From an uncultured Actinomycetes bacterium (lineage in GTDB: Bacteria; Actinomycetota; Thermoleophilia; RBG-16-64-13): a stretch of DNA of 64,000 bases. Shown here piece after piece: positions 1 to 12,846 of the stretch (positions within the stretch are counted from its first letter, which is position 1; every line of letters starts with the position of its first letter). A program made the position numbers and the translations under genes. Below the pieces are notes generated by a model. It made no database searches. It saw nothing but the letters and a program-made list of their open reading frames with translations, and was not told the DNA's origin. Where the stretch lies: NCBI GenBank assembly GCA_963841735.1, contig CAWJDT010000001.1, forward strand, positions 672,001 through 736,000, in the 5' to 3' direction.

Positions 1-682
1 TCATGCCCTCGGTGTATTTGGCCTCGTAGTCATAGAATTCGTTCTTTGGCACCAGCTCGAGAATCGGCAGGGCTCGGAGGACGCCGTCCTGCTGGAGCAC
101 GCCAACCGTGATCTCGCGACCGGGGACGAACCTCTCCGCGAACAACACTCCGTAGTCCACTCGGCCCGTGGCGATGGAAGCAACGAGCTCTCCGGTCGTG
201 CCGCACTTGGTGACACCGAGGCTCGATCCTTCTTCCACCGGCTTGATCATCACGGGCAATCCCAACTCCGCCTCGATCCTGGCCGCGGCTGCCGGGGCAG
301 GTTCTTCTGGCCCTATCTCGCAATAGCCCGGGGTGGGAAGTCCTGTGCCCAGAACGATCTTCTTTGCCGCGATCTTGTTCATCCCCAAGGCAGACGCCAG
401 CACGCCGGACCCCGTGTACGGGATATCCATCACCTCCAGCAACCCCTGGATGGTGCCGTCCTCACCGTAGCGGCCGTGCAAAGCCAGGAAGGCGACCTCG
501 ACCCCGGCCTCGTCGATGCGCTTGGCGACATCCCGCAGTGCATCCACTGCCACGGCTCGGTAGCCCCGCTCGAGCAGAGCGCGCAGACAGTTCTGGCCCG
601 ACCGCAGAGAGACCTCTCGCTCACCGGAAAGGCCGCCCATCAGCACACCGATAGTCTTGGTCTTGAGCGTCTGGGGGTCCAT
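1..682 (-). CDS. ddl: D-alanine--D-alanine ligase (3' end runs off window)
   Basis: Manual translation from ATG at 682 gives GGLSGEREVSLRSG, LHGRYGEDGTIQG, PYTGSG, EGSSLGV and FYDYEAKY. The frame is open to the window edge, so it is absent from the ORF track. Confidence 0.95.
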   Translation of the reverse strand, partial: MDPQTLKTKTIGVLMGGLSGEREVSLRSGQNCLRALLERGYRAVAVDALRDVAKRIDEAGVEVAFLALHGRYGEDGTIQGLLEVMDIPYTGSGVLASALGMNKIAAKKIVLGTGLPTPGYCEIGPEEPAPAAAARIEAELGLPVMIKPVEEGSSLGVTKCGTTGELVASIATGRVDYGVLFAERFVPGREITVGVLQQDGVLRALPILELVPKNEFYDYEAKYTEGM

Positions 683-744
683 TGCAGGAACTTTACCACA
701 GGCCTAGCGGCGCGCTACGTGAAGACGGCCGGCCGGCCGAGACC

Positions 745-1702
745 TCAGCGAGCCGCCCAGCGCCCAGTCACCCGGTGGCGGCCCGGCTCCGTTCGGGGAC
801 CGGCACTCCTGATCCAGCCTACTCGCCTGAACGCCGCCGTACTTTGGGCTCCGCTCTCGGCGGCGTAGAGAAGATCCTCGACGCTCACTCCATCGGCAGG
901 AGCCGACGCCCAGCCCACCACGCACTCCACCTTCTGCCCGTCGATGAGGTGTTCGCAGGCTCTGCGGCCGAGGGCCATGGCAAGGCTCTCCACATCGTAG
1001 GGATCTATCCATGCGGTCTTACCACTGGCGGAGGCAACCGTGCCCGCGGTCGCTCCGGTCGCGAACACGAACGCCACCCTGCCGCTCTGGAGCAGAAACA
1101 CTTGGGCGTCCGGACCTAGAAGGCGCGATCCTCTATGTCCTACCGCCGCCAGTACGCGGCCGGCGACGTCGCGCCCGTAGTAGTCGGCTATGTCATCGAA
1201 ACGCAAGACCCGCAGAACCACCAAGGCAAACCGGGCGTTCGTTCGAACGCAGTACCTGCAGACGCAGCCTGAGAGCGCCGTCAAACAGGGCCTCCGGATC
1301 GTCATGACCACGGCTTCCCCGAACCCTATCCTGCTCTACTGCCCTGGGATCGAAGCTGGAGTCCCGCGAGGCTTCCCTTGGTCCGGTGCGGGCGGCGCGC
1401 GTCGCTAGAAGCCCGCCCATCCATACCAATACGAGCACGATCCACAGTGCTGGCGCTGAACTCCAAGCCAGAAGCGGCAACAGTATGGCCCCGTCGGTGA
1501 GGCACAGTAGAAACCCCAACAGGCGGTCGCTGGCGTAATGACGCGTCAGCCGCAGAGCCCAAAGTGAATAGCCGATCACCAATGCTACATAGAGCACCCA
1601 AATGGCGGGGGATTTGGCTCCGGCGAGAGGAGGACAGATGAGACCCACAAGAACCAGAAGAACCAGCCTCGCCCGAGCTTTCTGCCGCTCGGTCACGCGC
1701 AT
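745..1702 (-). CDS. Membrane protein with degenerate GGDEF-like domain (one frameshift near 1200-1310)
   Basis: About 4 TM helices in ORF 1193..1777. ORF 745..1311 has FALVVLRVLRFDDIADYYGRDVAGRVL and DLLYAAE, resembling a GGDEF domain, but QSGRV replaces GGDEF. Confidence 0.55.
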
Positions 1703-1743
1703 GGCACCGGCTGTCCGCTGTCTTTTCATGTGAGTCTGATTGC

Positions 1744-1782
1744 AGTATAAGCGAAGTGCAAAGCCTTTGCAATACATATTGC
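1744..1782 (-). promoter_or_regulatory. -10 element (TATACT) with two adjacent inverted repeats, possible operator
   Basis: TGCAAAG-C-CTTTGCA (1757-1771) and GCAATA-CA-TATTGC (1769-1782) lie in an AT-rich patch upstream of the GGDEF-like gene. Confidence 0.4.
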
Positions 1783-1932
1783 CAAACAGTCGATATGAAA
1801 TTGTTGCGTACGCCGCGAGCGGACGTGGCTGCTCTGGGCGGACAAGGCAAGTCGGCGACAGCAGAGCCGCCGGAACTACTCACAGCCTCCGGCGAGTGCG
1901 AAGAACGGCCAGCGGGAAGAACGCTGAAGAGC

Positions 1933-2362
1933 TCAGGGAACGAGAAGGACCGGCACTCGGGCGTGGCGCGCCACTCTGTAGCTAACGCTACCCAGAATGA
2001 GATCCTTGGGCTCGTAGCGGCTGTTGCGCCCCATGACCACCAGCTCTGCACCCAGGGATTCCATCTCGCCCAGGATGACTTCGGCCGCCGGCCCCACCAG
2101 CGCCTTTACTTCGGCCCCCACCTTCAGCCGCCGCAACACCTCCAAAGCTGGGCCCACAGCCTCCTGAGCCATTCGCTCCACGTAGCCCTCGATGGTCCGT
2201 TGGTCCATGGCTGGAGGCCAGGACCATGTGTTGCGGAACCGAGATCGCCGTGACAAGAATGAATTCTGCGCCATAGCGGGCGGCCATCTGGGCGGCCACC
2301 TCGACCCCCCGCAGAGAGGCCTCTGTGCCGTCAGTGGCGGCCAGAATGCGACGGAAGATCAA
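1933..2362 (-). CDS. Universal stress protein (one frameshift near 2210)
   Basis: GGAGG precedes a TTG start. N-terminus FRRILAATDGTEASLRG; C-terminus LVVMGRNSRY..ILGSVSYRVARHARVPVLLVP. Confidence 0.9.
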
Positions 2363-2399
2363 CGACTGCCTCCGAGGCGTCCGAACACCTGACCCGAAG

Positions 2400-2472
2400 T
2401 GGAGGATACCGGGGTCGAACCGGCGACCTCCGCCGTGCAAAGGCGGCGCTCTCCCAACTGAGCTAATCCCCC
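2400..2472 (-). tRNA. tRNA-Ala(TGC)
   Basis: GGGGGATTAGCTCAGTTGGGAGAGCGCCGCCTT-TGC-ACGGCGGAGGTCGCCGGTTCGACCCCGGTATCCTCCA-type cloverleaf with a G3-U70 pair. Confidence 0.97.
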
Positions 2473-2512
2473 GAGCAGGGCGATCCGTACCGCCCGTGAG
2501 CCTCGAACTCAG

Positions 2513-2586
<74 letters not shown>

Positions 2587-2596
2587 ATGCGCGGGT

Positions 2597-2624
2597 AGTT
2601 TACCGGCATTACCCTTTATGTCAA
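2597..2624 (-). promoter_or_regulatory. Sigma70-type promoter of the tRNA-Ile/Ala operon
   Basis: TTGACA-16 nt-TAAACT followed by a GC-rich discriminator, just upstream of tRNA-Ile. Confidence 0.7.
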
Positions 2625-2750
2625 GCAAGGGCCCAGCTGCCGGACACCAACCGACGCCACCCCGAGACCGCCGCGCAACAACGAGTACCACTGGTGACGT
2701 GGACCCCTCGCTGGGAGTAACCTTAGAGACTCACCAGCTCGAGGGGAACC

Positions 2751-3236
2751 ATGGAAGGCTTCGAGAGAGTCGCAGTATACGGCGTAAGTTTTGACGTGGC
2801 CAGCAAGCAGCCCATCGTCCTGCTGAAGGTGGAAGCTAAGAACCGCTTCCTGCCCATCTGGATCGGGCAGCCAGAGGCGGCTGCCATCCTCGTGAAACTG
2901 CAGAAGGCCGAACTGCCTCGTCCCATGACCCATGACCTTCTGGCGGCCACCCTGGGACAGCTGTCCGCGACCGTGTCCGCCGTGATCGTCACAGAGTTGC
3001 GGGACAACACGTTCTTCGCGGTCATCGTGCTCGATGCGGACGGGCAAGAGATACGCCTCGATTCGCGCCCTTCGGATGCGATCGCGCTCGCGGTAAGGAC
3101 CGAATCACCCATCTACGTCTCCAGCGAGCTGCTCGCCACAAACGGCATCGAGTTCGAACAGGAGATCGGAGACGCCGAAGACATCGTGAAAGAGTTCCGG
3201 CAGTTCCTCGACGAGGTCTCCCCCCAGGACTTCTAG
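2751..3236 (+). CDS. Bifunctional nuclease family protein (DUF151)
   Basis: LPIWIGQPEA, PRPMTHDL and DSRPSDAIALA motifs. Confidence 0.93.
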   Translation: MEGFERVAVYGVSFDVASKQPIVLLKVEAKNRFLPIWIGQPEAAAILVKLQKAELPRPMTHDLLAATLGQLSATVSAVIVTELRDNTFFAVIVLDADGQEIRLDSRPSDAIALAVRTESPIYVSSELLATNGIEFEQEIGDAEDIVKEFRQFLDEVSPQDF

Positions 3237-3237
3237 G

Positions 3238-3537
3238 CTATTTCGCCTTCTCTTCCCCCAATGCGGCGGCTTCCCTCTTGACGCACTGAAGGATCAGCCC
3301 GTATATCTCGCGCAGCCCCTCGTTGGACAGCGGGCCGCGGTTGGCCCGGCACAGATACGTGATCACCCAGTCCTCTTGAGCGGCGTCGTAGAAGCTGAGG
3401 CCATGGGTATCTTTGTAGTCCTTGAGGCTCTTGACCAGTTGGACCCGCTTGTTCAGTGCCTCAACTATCTTCAGATCGTTGTCGGAGATCTTCTCCCGGT
3501 AGTTCCTTACGACCGGATCGGTGCCTGCTTCCGCCAT
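3238..3537 (-). CDS. Chorismate mutase (AroQ type)
   Basis: YREKISDNDLKIVEALNKR...YDAAQE...NRGPLSNEGLREIY pattern; GGAGG RBS. Confidence 0.8.
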   Translation of the reverse strand: MAEAGTDPVVRNYREKISDNDLKIVEALNKRVQLVKSLKDYKDTHGLSFYDAAQEDWVITYLCRANRGPLSNEGLREIYGLILQCVKREAAALGEEKAK

Positions 3538-3649
3538 AGATGCCTCCTCGTCTCCGCCCGGTCACCTTCTCTGACCGAGGCTCGCTTGTCCAGCCGCTGT
3601 TGTCTAGCGAAGGCTACCCTACTGCCCGCGTGTTGCCCAGTATCGTCCT

Positions 3650-5002
3650 TCACCGACCGCCGCGGGCTCCATAGGCCGCGCACTGCCGCACGAAGCGTGA
3701 GGCCGCGTCCCGCGACGCGGCCAGGTGGACCAGCACCGGTGTGCATAGAAGCGTGTCGGTACCTACGCCTTCGCCCCTTTCCCCGATGACGCCCGCTCCG
3801 CGGATCTTCAGCGGTGAGTCCCATGGAGGGCCCGCACTGACTACTTCAGCATCGGTCAGCACCCACCCGGCCGCCTTCTCGCCCTTGGCTAAAAGCAGAT
3901 TGTCGCGCAGAGAAGTCACCTCGACATACGCCGGGTCCTCCAAATCCCAAAGGATCTCGCCTTGGGCGGGTATGACCCCCGCCAGATCCGAGCTCCGCCC
4001 TAACAGGTCTTGGATCCGGTCGAGCAGTAGCAGCATCCCTCCGCCCATGGCCAGCGTGGGCATGCCTTGACCGATGTGAGAGACGATCTCGCGGAGCAGC
4101 GGCAGATTGAGCGCGATGTCCGGCACGGTTTCGGGCCATAATGTCCCGGCGAGGATAAGACCGGCGGTCTCGGCCGGCAAGGCCGGATCCTCGATCAGGT
4201 CCACCCGCCGCGCGTCCGCCCCCGCCGCGCGCAAGATCTCAACCGAGTCACGGCTCCACAGAGCGAACCCCTTGCCGCCGGCGACCGCGATCACAGGCCC
4301 ACCGCCACCCCGCACCGGCGACCGGCTGGGGGTCGACAGAAACCCTCGCTGACCGGCCAGGGAGATCAGTCCGTCGATGTCCACCTGGCGAGCGACCGAG
4401 GCGAGCACTGATGCCTCCAATGGAAGCCCCCAGGGTCCAGGCGCAGGGGTATCCCAGCCAGGTCCTTCTCCTTCGTAGAGGCAACCAACCACCGGCACTC
4501 CCTCCTCGGCCAGGGCTTCGCGGAGGAGTTCGTAGTGTTCGCGGTTAGCCACGCCCGACAGGATGACCCCGGCCCAGTTGACCCCCGTAAGATGGGCCCG
4601 CAGACCCGTGGCAAGTACCTTGATCCCTTTACCCCAGCCCCTGCAGTCCATGACCACCACCACCGGACAGTCGAGCAGCCGGGCCACGCTCGCCGGCGTC
4701 CACAGGGCTCCGTCGCGCCGGTCAAGCACTCCGGTATTGGAGGAGAGCACTGACAACCCCACGTGGCGGACGGCCAGGTCGTACAACCCCAGCAGCGATT
4801 CCTCGCTACAGACCGCGGGGTCCAGAAAGACCGTCCCCTCCCAGCGGTCCCAGCACGCGGAAGGGCTCAGCGCCCCTACATGATGGTATCTAACCTCGAT
4901 TCCGCGCGATTCGGCGATCTCGGCTGCGGCGGCGGCAACGGCGTCGGCCAATCCGGTGCGATGCGTCGGAACGAGCAACAACCGCGGAGCCGACATGGTC
5001 AC
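3650..5002 (-). CDS. CbiA/CobB (cobyrinate a,c-diamide synthase)-like protein with degenerate catalytic motifs
   Basis: VARLLDCPVVVVMD, WAGVILSGVANREHYELLREAL and GLILAGTLWPE align to CbiA. The P-loop and glutaminase Cys are absent. Confidence 0.75.
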   Translation of the reverse strand: MTMSAPRLLLVPTHRTGLADAVAAAAAEIAESRGIEVRYHHVGALSPSACWDRWEGTVFLDPAVCSEESLLGLYDLAVRHVGLSVLSSNTGVLDRRDGALWTPASVARLLDCPVVVVMDCRGWGKGIKVLATGLRAHLTGVNWAGVILSGVANREHYELLREALAEEGVPVVGCLYEGEGPGWDTPAPGPWGLPLEASVLASVARQVDIDGLISLAGQRGFLSTPSRSPVRGGGGPVIAVAGGKGFALWSRDSVEILRAAGADARRVDLIEDPALPAETAGLILAGTLWPETVPDIALNLPLLREIVSHIGQGMPTLAMGGGMLLLLDRIQDLLGRSSDLAGVIPAQGEILWDLEDPAYVEVTSLRDNLLLAKGEKAAGWVLTDAEVVSAGPPWDSPLKIRGAGVIGERGEGVGTDTLLCTPVLVHLAASRDAASRFVRQCAAYGARGGR

Positions 5003-5052
5003 CGTCCCTCAGAAACTAGTCCGTAAGCCCCTATCCTAGTCCCGCCGGCCGA

Positions 5053-5742
5053 TCAGGACCGACGGCTCATCAATATGAGTCGCAGCAGCTGCAGCAGCGC
5101 CATCAGAGCGGCTGCAACGTATGTGAGGGCGGCCGCGCTCAGCACCTTCCTAGCGCCCTTGAGCTCTTCTCCCACGAGGATGCTCTTGTTTGTGAGCTGT
5201 GTCATTGCCCGGCTGGAGGCGTTGAACTCCACCGGAAGCGTGACTAGTGTGAAGAGCACGGCGGCGGCATACAGCATGATCCCGATGTTCATCAACAGGC
5301 CGCTACGAAAGAAGATCAGCCCGACGAAGAACAGGATCCAGCCAAAGTTGGTGCCTATATTGGCCACCGGGACCAGCGCGCTCCGCAACTTGAAAGCAGC
5401 GTAGCCCTCGGCATGCTGCATCGCGTGGCCGGCCTCGTGCGCCGCTACGCCAAGTGCGGCCAGAGAGTTGCTGTTGCCCACGTCGGGGCTCAGAGTGAGG
5501 ACACGAGTTCGAGGATCGTAATGATCGGACAGGCGGCTGCCAGCAACCTCGATGCCCACTTGATAGAGGCCTGCGCCATCAAGGACCAGACGCGCCGCGT
5601 CTGCGCCGGTCAGGCCCCTGGAAGAGGCAATCTTCGAGTACTTGGCGAAACTGGATCTGACCTTGGCTTGAGCATATATACCAAGGATCACGGCCGGCAC
5701 CAACAGCAGCAGATCCCAGTACCAAAATCCGATTGTTGACAC
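5053..5742 (-). CDS. YugP-like neutral zinc metallopeptidase
   Basis: LSDHYDP, VAAHEAGHAMQH, TLPVEFNASSRA and AAALTYVAA motifs. Confidence 0.93.
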   Translation of the reverse strand: MSTIGFWYWDLLLLVPAVILGIYAQAKVRSSFAKYSKIASSRGLTGADAARLVLDGAGLYQVGIEVAGSRLSDHYDPRTRVLTLSPDVGNSNSLAALGVAAHEAGHAMQHAEGYAAFKLRSALVPVANIGTNFGWILFFVGLIFFRSGLLMNIGIMLYAAAVLFTLVTLPVEFNASSRAMTQLTNKSILVGEELKGARKVLSAAALTYVAAALMALLQLLRLILMSRRS

Positions 5743-5888
5743 GCTGTACTCCTTTTCCCCGGAAGGCGCGCTGCCGCCTTACGCCGGGCTGATAATACCA
5801 GAAGGCCTCCCTCCCTACTCTCCAGATGGAGACAGGCCTTATTCAGTTCTTATGGGGGGTATAGACCTCTGTTGCCTGGCCCCAGGAG

Positions 5889-8525
5889 TTACTCCCCCGA
5901 ATCCTCGTCGACGATGTCGGTCGCCTCCGTCTCTTGGGTGTCCTCGATGTCATAGAAGTCATCGGCTGCGGTGTCGTCCAAGTCGCTGTCGACCGCCCCT
6001 TCTAGGTCGTCAACACCGGCCCCTTCGAAGTCGTCCTCGGCGCCCAGCTCCAGGCCGTTGCCGCGGCCATCTCCGTTGCCGTTCGCAGTGCCGACCAAGC
6101 GAGCCATACTCGACACCCGGTCGGCGCCGCGCAGGTGCATCACCCGCACGCCCATGGTGTTGCGTCCCGTGGTCCGGACGCTCTCCACCTGCACCCGAAT
6201 GATCGTGCCATCCTGACTGATGAGCATCAACTCGTGGTTGTTACGCACGGTGGCCACACCTACCAGATCGCCGCGGTCGGGGCTGTCCTTGATGGTGATG
6301 ACGCCCTGACCCCCCCGCTTTTGGGTGGGATAGCTCGACACCGGGGTGCGCTTGCCATACCCTCCGCTGGTGACGCAGAAGATGTCGGCGTCGTCTTCGG
6401 CTACCGCCATGCCCAGCAGAGAATGCTCCGGGGGCATGCGCATGCCTGTGACACCCATGGTGTTACGCCCTGTCGGCCGGACGTCGTACTCGTGGAAGCG
6501 GATGGCCTTGCCCTCGCTCGACACCAGGATCAGGTCGTCGTGACCGTTGGTGTGTTCCACCGCCACCAGTTCGTCATCGTCGTCGAGGTTGATGGCGATG
6601 ATCCCGTCGGCCTTGAGCGAGGTAGCGTAGTCCAAGAACCGGGTCTTCTTAACGATGCCCTTCTTCGTGGCGAAAGCCAGGTACTTCGCGTCGCTATAGT
6701 CCTTCGTGGCTATGACGGCCTTGATCCTCTCGCCCTGCGCCAGCGGGAGGAGGTTGGCCACATGCCGCCCCTTGCTCTGCCGGCTCCCCAGCGGTAGTTC
6801 GTGCACCTTCTGGCGGTAGATCTTGCCTCGGGAGGTGATGAACAGCAGGAAGTGATGCGTGGTAGTGATAAAGAGGTGCTCGATATAGTCGCCCTCTTTT
6901 AGGTCCATCCCCATGACGCCTATGCCCCCGCGGTGCTGCGTGCGGTAGGTCGAGACAGGCAGCCGCTTGAGATAGCCGGAGGCAGTGATGGAGATGACCA
7001 TCTCCTCCACAGCGATCATGTCCTCGATGTCGATCTCATCCTCTGAGGGCAAGATCTCGAGTGCGGCGGTCGTCGCCGTACATCTGCTGGATCTCGAGCA
7101 ACTCCGTCTTGATGACCTCGTAGATCATCGACTCGTCGGCCAGAAGGCCTTCGAGATAGGCGATGCGTTCCAGCAGGTCACGATGCTCTTCCTCGATCTT
7201 GTGACGCTCCAGCGCAGTAAGGTTGCGCAGGCGCAGATCGACAATGGCCTGAGACTGTTCGTCGCTCAGGCCGAAGCGCTCCATGAGGCCCATCTTCGCC
7301 GCTTCGGTGTCTTCGCTGGATCGGATAATGCGGATGATCTCGTCCAAGTTGGAGATGGCGATCAGCAGACCCTCGAGGATATGTGCCCGCTTCTTGCATC
7401 TTGTCGAGTTCAAAACGGGTGCGCCGGACTATGACCTCCACCTGGTGCGCGATGTAGTGCCGGAGCATGTCGCGCAACGACAGGGTCTTGGGCACGCCGT
7501 CGACCAAAGCCAACATGTTTATCCCAAAAGTAGTCTGCATGGCGCTGTGCTTGTAAAGCTTGTTGAGCACCACTTTGGGGATGGCCTCGCGCTTCAACTC
7601 GATGACCATGCGCATGCCCGAACGGTCGGATTCGTCACGCAGATCTGAGATCTCCGGGATGTGTTTCTCGCGCACCAGATCGGCGATCTTCTCAATGAGT
7701 TGGGCCTTGTTGACCTGATAAGGAAGCTCGGTGACGATGATTGCCGTCTTGCCCTGCTTGATCGGCTCGGAGTGCGCCCGCGCCCGGACCAGACACCCGA
7801 CCGCGGCCGGTCTCGTAACCCTCGCGTATGCCGGCGCTGCCTAAAATGATCCCCCCCGTGGGGAAGTCAGGGCCCTTGATGAAGCGCATCAAATCGGCGC
7901 TGGTGAGCCCAGGGTCATCGATGAGCGCCACGGTGGCGGCGATCGTCTCGCGCAGGTTGTGCGGGGGGATGTTCGTCGCCATGCCCACTGCGATCCCCGA
8001 GCTGCCGTTGACCAGCAGGTTGGGAAACCGAGACGGCAGAACTTTGGGCTCTTCCCTGCTCTCGTCGTAGTTGGGGGTCCAATCTACGGTCTCGGCTTCG
8101 ATATCGCGCAGCATCTCGGTGGCGATGCGGCTCATGCGGCACTCGGTGTAGCGCATGGCGGCCGCGGAGTCGCCGTCTACCGAGCCGAAGTTGCCGTGAC
8201 CGTCGACCAGGAGATAGCGGATGGAGAAGTTCTGAGCCATGCGCACAAGGGCGTCGTAGATAGAGGCGTCGCCGTGGGGGTGGAAGTTACCCATGACATC
8301 ACCGACGATGCGGGCACATTTGCGATAGGGCTTGCTGGGCTGCATCCCGGAGTCGTGCATGCCAAAGAGCACGCGCCGGTGCACCGGTTTGAGGCCGTCG
8401 CGCACGTCGGGTAGAGCCCGGCCCACGATCACGCTCATCGCGTAGTCGAGATACGACGCCCGCATCTCGTCGGCGATCTCGATCTGCTCTACGCGGCCCT
8501 CCAATGTCTCCATGGCTCCGTTCAC
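5889..8525 (-). CDS. gyrA: DNA gyrase subunit A (split by about 3 frameshifts)
   Basis: [29 protein letters not shown], GyrA-box QHRGGIG, pinwheel repeats and an acidic tail. Pieces lie in ORFs 7692..8525, 7178..7675, 7036..7413 and 5889..7052. Confidence 0.95.
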
Positions 8526-8529
8526 CCTC

Positions 8530-10598
<2,069 letters not shown>

Positions 10599-10825
10599 AC
10601 CTGCCCGGCCTCTCTATGCCCAGTCCACTACCGGCCGCCCCCGCCCAGTCCTCCTGTAGCGCCCACAATGCGCACTTCGCGGCTCCCCGACCACGCGGCG
10701 CGGAGAGTCGGAAGCAATGCTCCCAGGAAGCTGGAGAAAAGGCCGACCTGTCGGTGTCGGAAGTACCAATCACGTTGCTATGTATGATATCACAGAGGCG
10801 CTTCCAGACCGCCGGTGGAACGCTG

Positions 10826-11469
10826 TCAGCGTACGCGTCGCTGCTCTCCGCGGACGAAGGCCGCCTCCATAGCTTTGGCTATGCGCGCTCGCAGGTCGCC
10901 CGGAAGATCCAGCTCCTCGACAGCGGCGAGAGCCTCCTTCTGCTCCGGGGAGAGCGGCCTATCGGCTCCCAGGCGCTGCGAATGACTCGGCCGGCCCTTG
11001 ACGCGGCGCTTCAGGGCAGCGGCCCGCCCAGGCCGGCCGCTGCACAGGCTCGTCCCACCCGGCGTGGCGGAAGACCACCTGTCGCACTACCCCTGCACCC
11101 AGCGAATCCCGCAAACGGGCGCAGATCTCGTCGCTCATGAACTGCAGCGTCTGCGCCCAGGCGGCGGACGACGCGCTGACGGTGAGTCTTCCCCCTTTCA
11201 GTTGCACCGGGCGAGCGTTGGCGGCCACCTCAGCGCCCACGACGTCCGGCCATATCAGCGCCAGCAGCCGGGCGGGGTCACCGCCACGGGGGGTCGCGCG
11301 CGTTCGGGGGGGCGGGCGGGAGGTGCCGGCCTGGTGCGAGTCGTCGAGCCGGCCGCGGCAGTGGCACCGGCGCAGACCGGTGCCACTGCCGGCCCTTCGC
11401 AAGCATCACCCAAGAGATCCCCCAAGCGTGCGAAATCGGGCTTACCCTCGAGCGCTGGCCGGCATTCAC
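10826..11469 (-). CDS. DciA/DUF721 family protein (frameshifted)
   Basis: IWPDVVGAEVAANARPVQLKGGRLTVSASSAAWAQTLQF; located between recF and gyrB. Ends are approximate. Confidence 0.8.
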
Positions 11470-12557
11470 AGCTGGCTCGCCCTGGGCTCGAGTTCCACGA
11501 CTGTCGCCTCCTCCAGGTCCTCTGGGGAGAAATACCGTAGGTCTGTGGTGGTGATCACCACCTGCCCGCCGCGTCCGCACCACACTCACAAGTGCCTTCC
11601 GGCGCCCCTCGTCGAGCTCGCTCATGACGTCGTCAAGCAAGAGCAGGGGTTTGTTCTGCGTTCCGCACTGATATTCCCATTCGGCCAGCACAAGGGTGAG
11701 CAAAGCCGCGCGCTGTTCTCCTTGGGAGGCACAATCACGCATATCCAGACCGTTCCGCACAAGCCTGAAGTCGTCGCGATGCGGGCCTAAATGGGTATAG
11801 GTGCGTTGCCGGTCGGCGACGCGCATCTCCGCAAGCCTCTGCACGTAGCCATCCTCGTCAAGCCCGGCTGACGTTCGTTCGGTAGGTCAGGTGCAAGGTG
11901 TCGGCCATCTCTCCGGTGAGTTTCGCGTGCATGCGCTGGAAAGGCTCGATGAACGATGCCAGCGCGGCGGCTCTCCAGGCCGTTACCGCCAGTCCGGTCC
12001 GCGCCAGCATCTTCTCCCAGGGGACGTGATGATCATCATCCACCGCGGCGCGCCCCGCTCGCAGGAGAGCATTCCTCTGGGAAAGCGCCTCTTCGTAGCG
12101 ACGCAGGGCGGGCAAGTATTCTGGCTCGCACCGTGAAGCCAGGGTATCCAGATACTCCCGGCGCCGACGCGGGCTCCCTTTGATCAGGCGCAGGTCGTCC
12201 GGGACGAACGTCCGTAATGGCAGCATCTCCCGCCACCGGGAAGAATCAGCAAGAGGCGCCCCGTCGGCCGTCAGTCGGCGTTCGCCCTCTCGGGAGTGCG
12301 CGGCCGCCGCCGTGAGAGCCACCCCGCCGTCCTGCAGCTCAATGTCCACTCGGAGATGGTCCTGCCCGCTGGTGATGAGGTCGCGCACCGCATCCGGCGC
12401 GTAGCGGCGCTCCGTCAAGAACGAGGGCAGCCGCCTCCAGGACGGTTGTCTTCCCGGCCCCGTTGGGACCTACCAGGACGTTTAGGCCCGCTCCGAGCTC
12501 CATCTCCAGGTCTCGGTGCGACCGTAGATTGCATAGGGTGAGCCGCCGGACCAGCAC
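11466..12557 (-). CDS. recF: DNA replication/repair protein RecF (frameshifted)
   Basis: Walker A GPNGAGKT, GSPRRRREYLD, QRNALL, GPHRDD, SQGEQR and LLLDDVMSELD. Confidence 0.93.
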
Positions 12558-12562
12558 TGGAG

Positions 12563-12845
12563 TCAGTCCTGTCGCTCGGCCGGCCGCTCCGCTCGAGAGA
12601 CAGACAACAACCTCCGCCGCCGCTCCCTGGCTTTCGACGATGTCGCCTGCCCGGAGTTTGTATCCTCTGCGCGTTTCCACTTGGGCGTTGACGCGCACCA
12701 GGCCTGCGGTCACCAGGTACTTGGCTTCTCCTCCGGTGACAGCGAGGCCTGCGACCTTAACGAACTGTCCCAGAGTGATCGGGAGTTCGACGGCCACCGG
12801 CGCGGACGAGTCCACTCCTGGAACGAGACCGGCCGTGGCTGACAT
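12563..12845 (-). CDS. S4-domain RNA-binding protein (YaaA-like)
   Basis: ITLGQFVKVAGLAVTGGEAK...VRVNAQVETRRGYKLRAGDIV; sits between dnaN and recF. The 3' end is uncertain. Confidence 0.85.
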
Positions 12846-12846
12846 G

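Noticed and set aside
1767-1785. Sigma54-like TGGCA...TTGCA on the minus strand
   Set aside because: GG-to-GC spacing is 11 nt rather than the required 10.
8262-8290. GyrA HPHGDAS (Ala at the E. coli Ser83 position) as an acquired quinolone-resistance mutation
   Set aside because: Ala here is the natural state in many actinomycetes.
12339-12845. Apparent S4-RecF fusion
   Set aside because: An out-of-frame TGA and an AGGA lie just before the recF GTG. One indel would restore two genes, and the region is error-rich.
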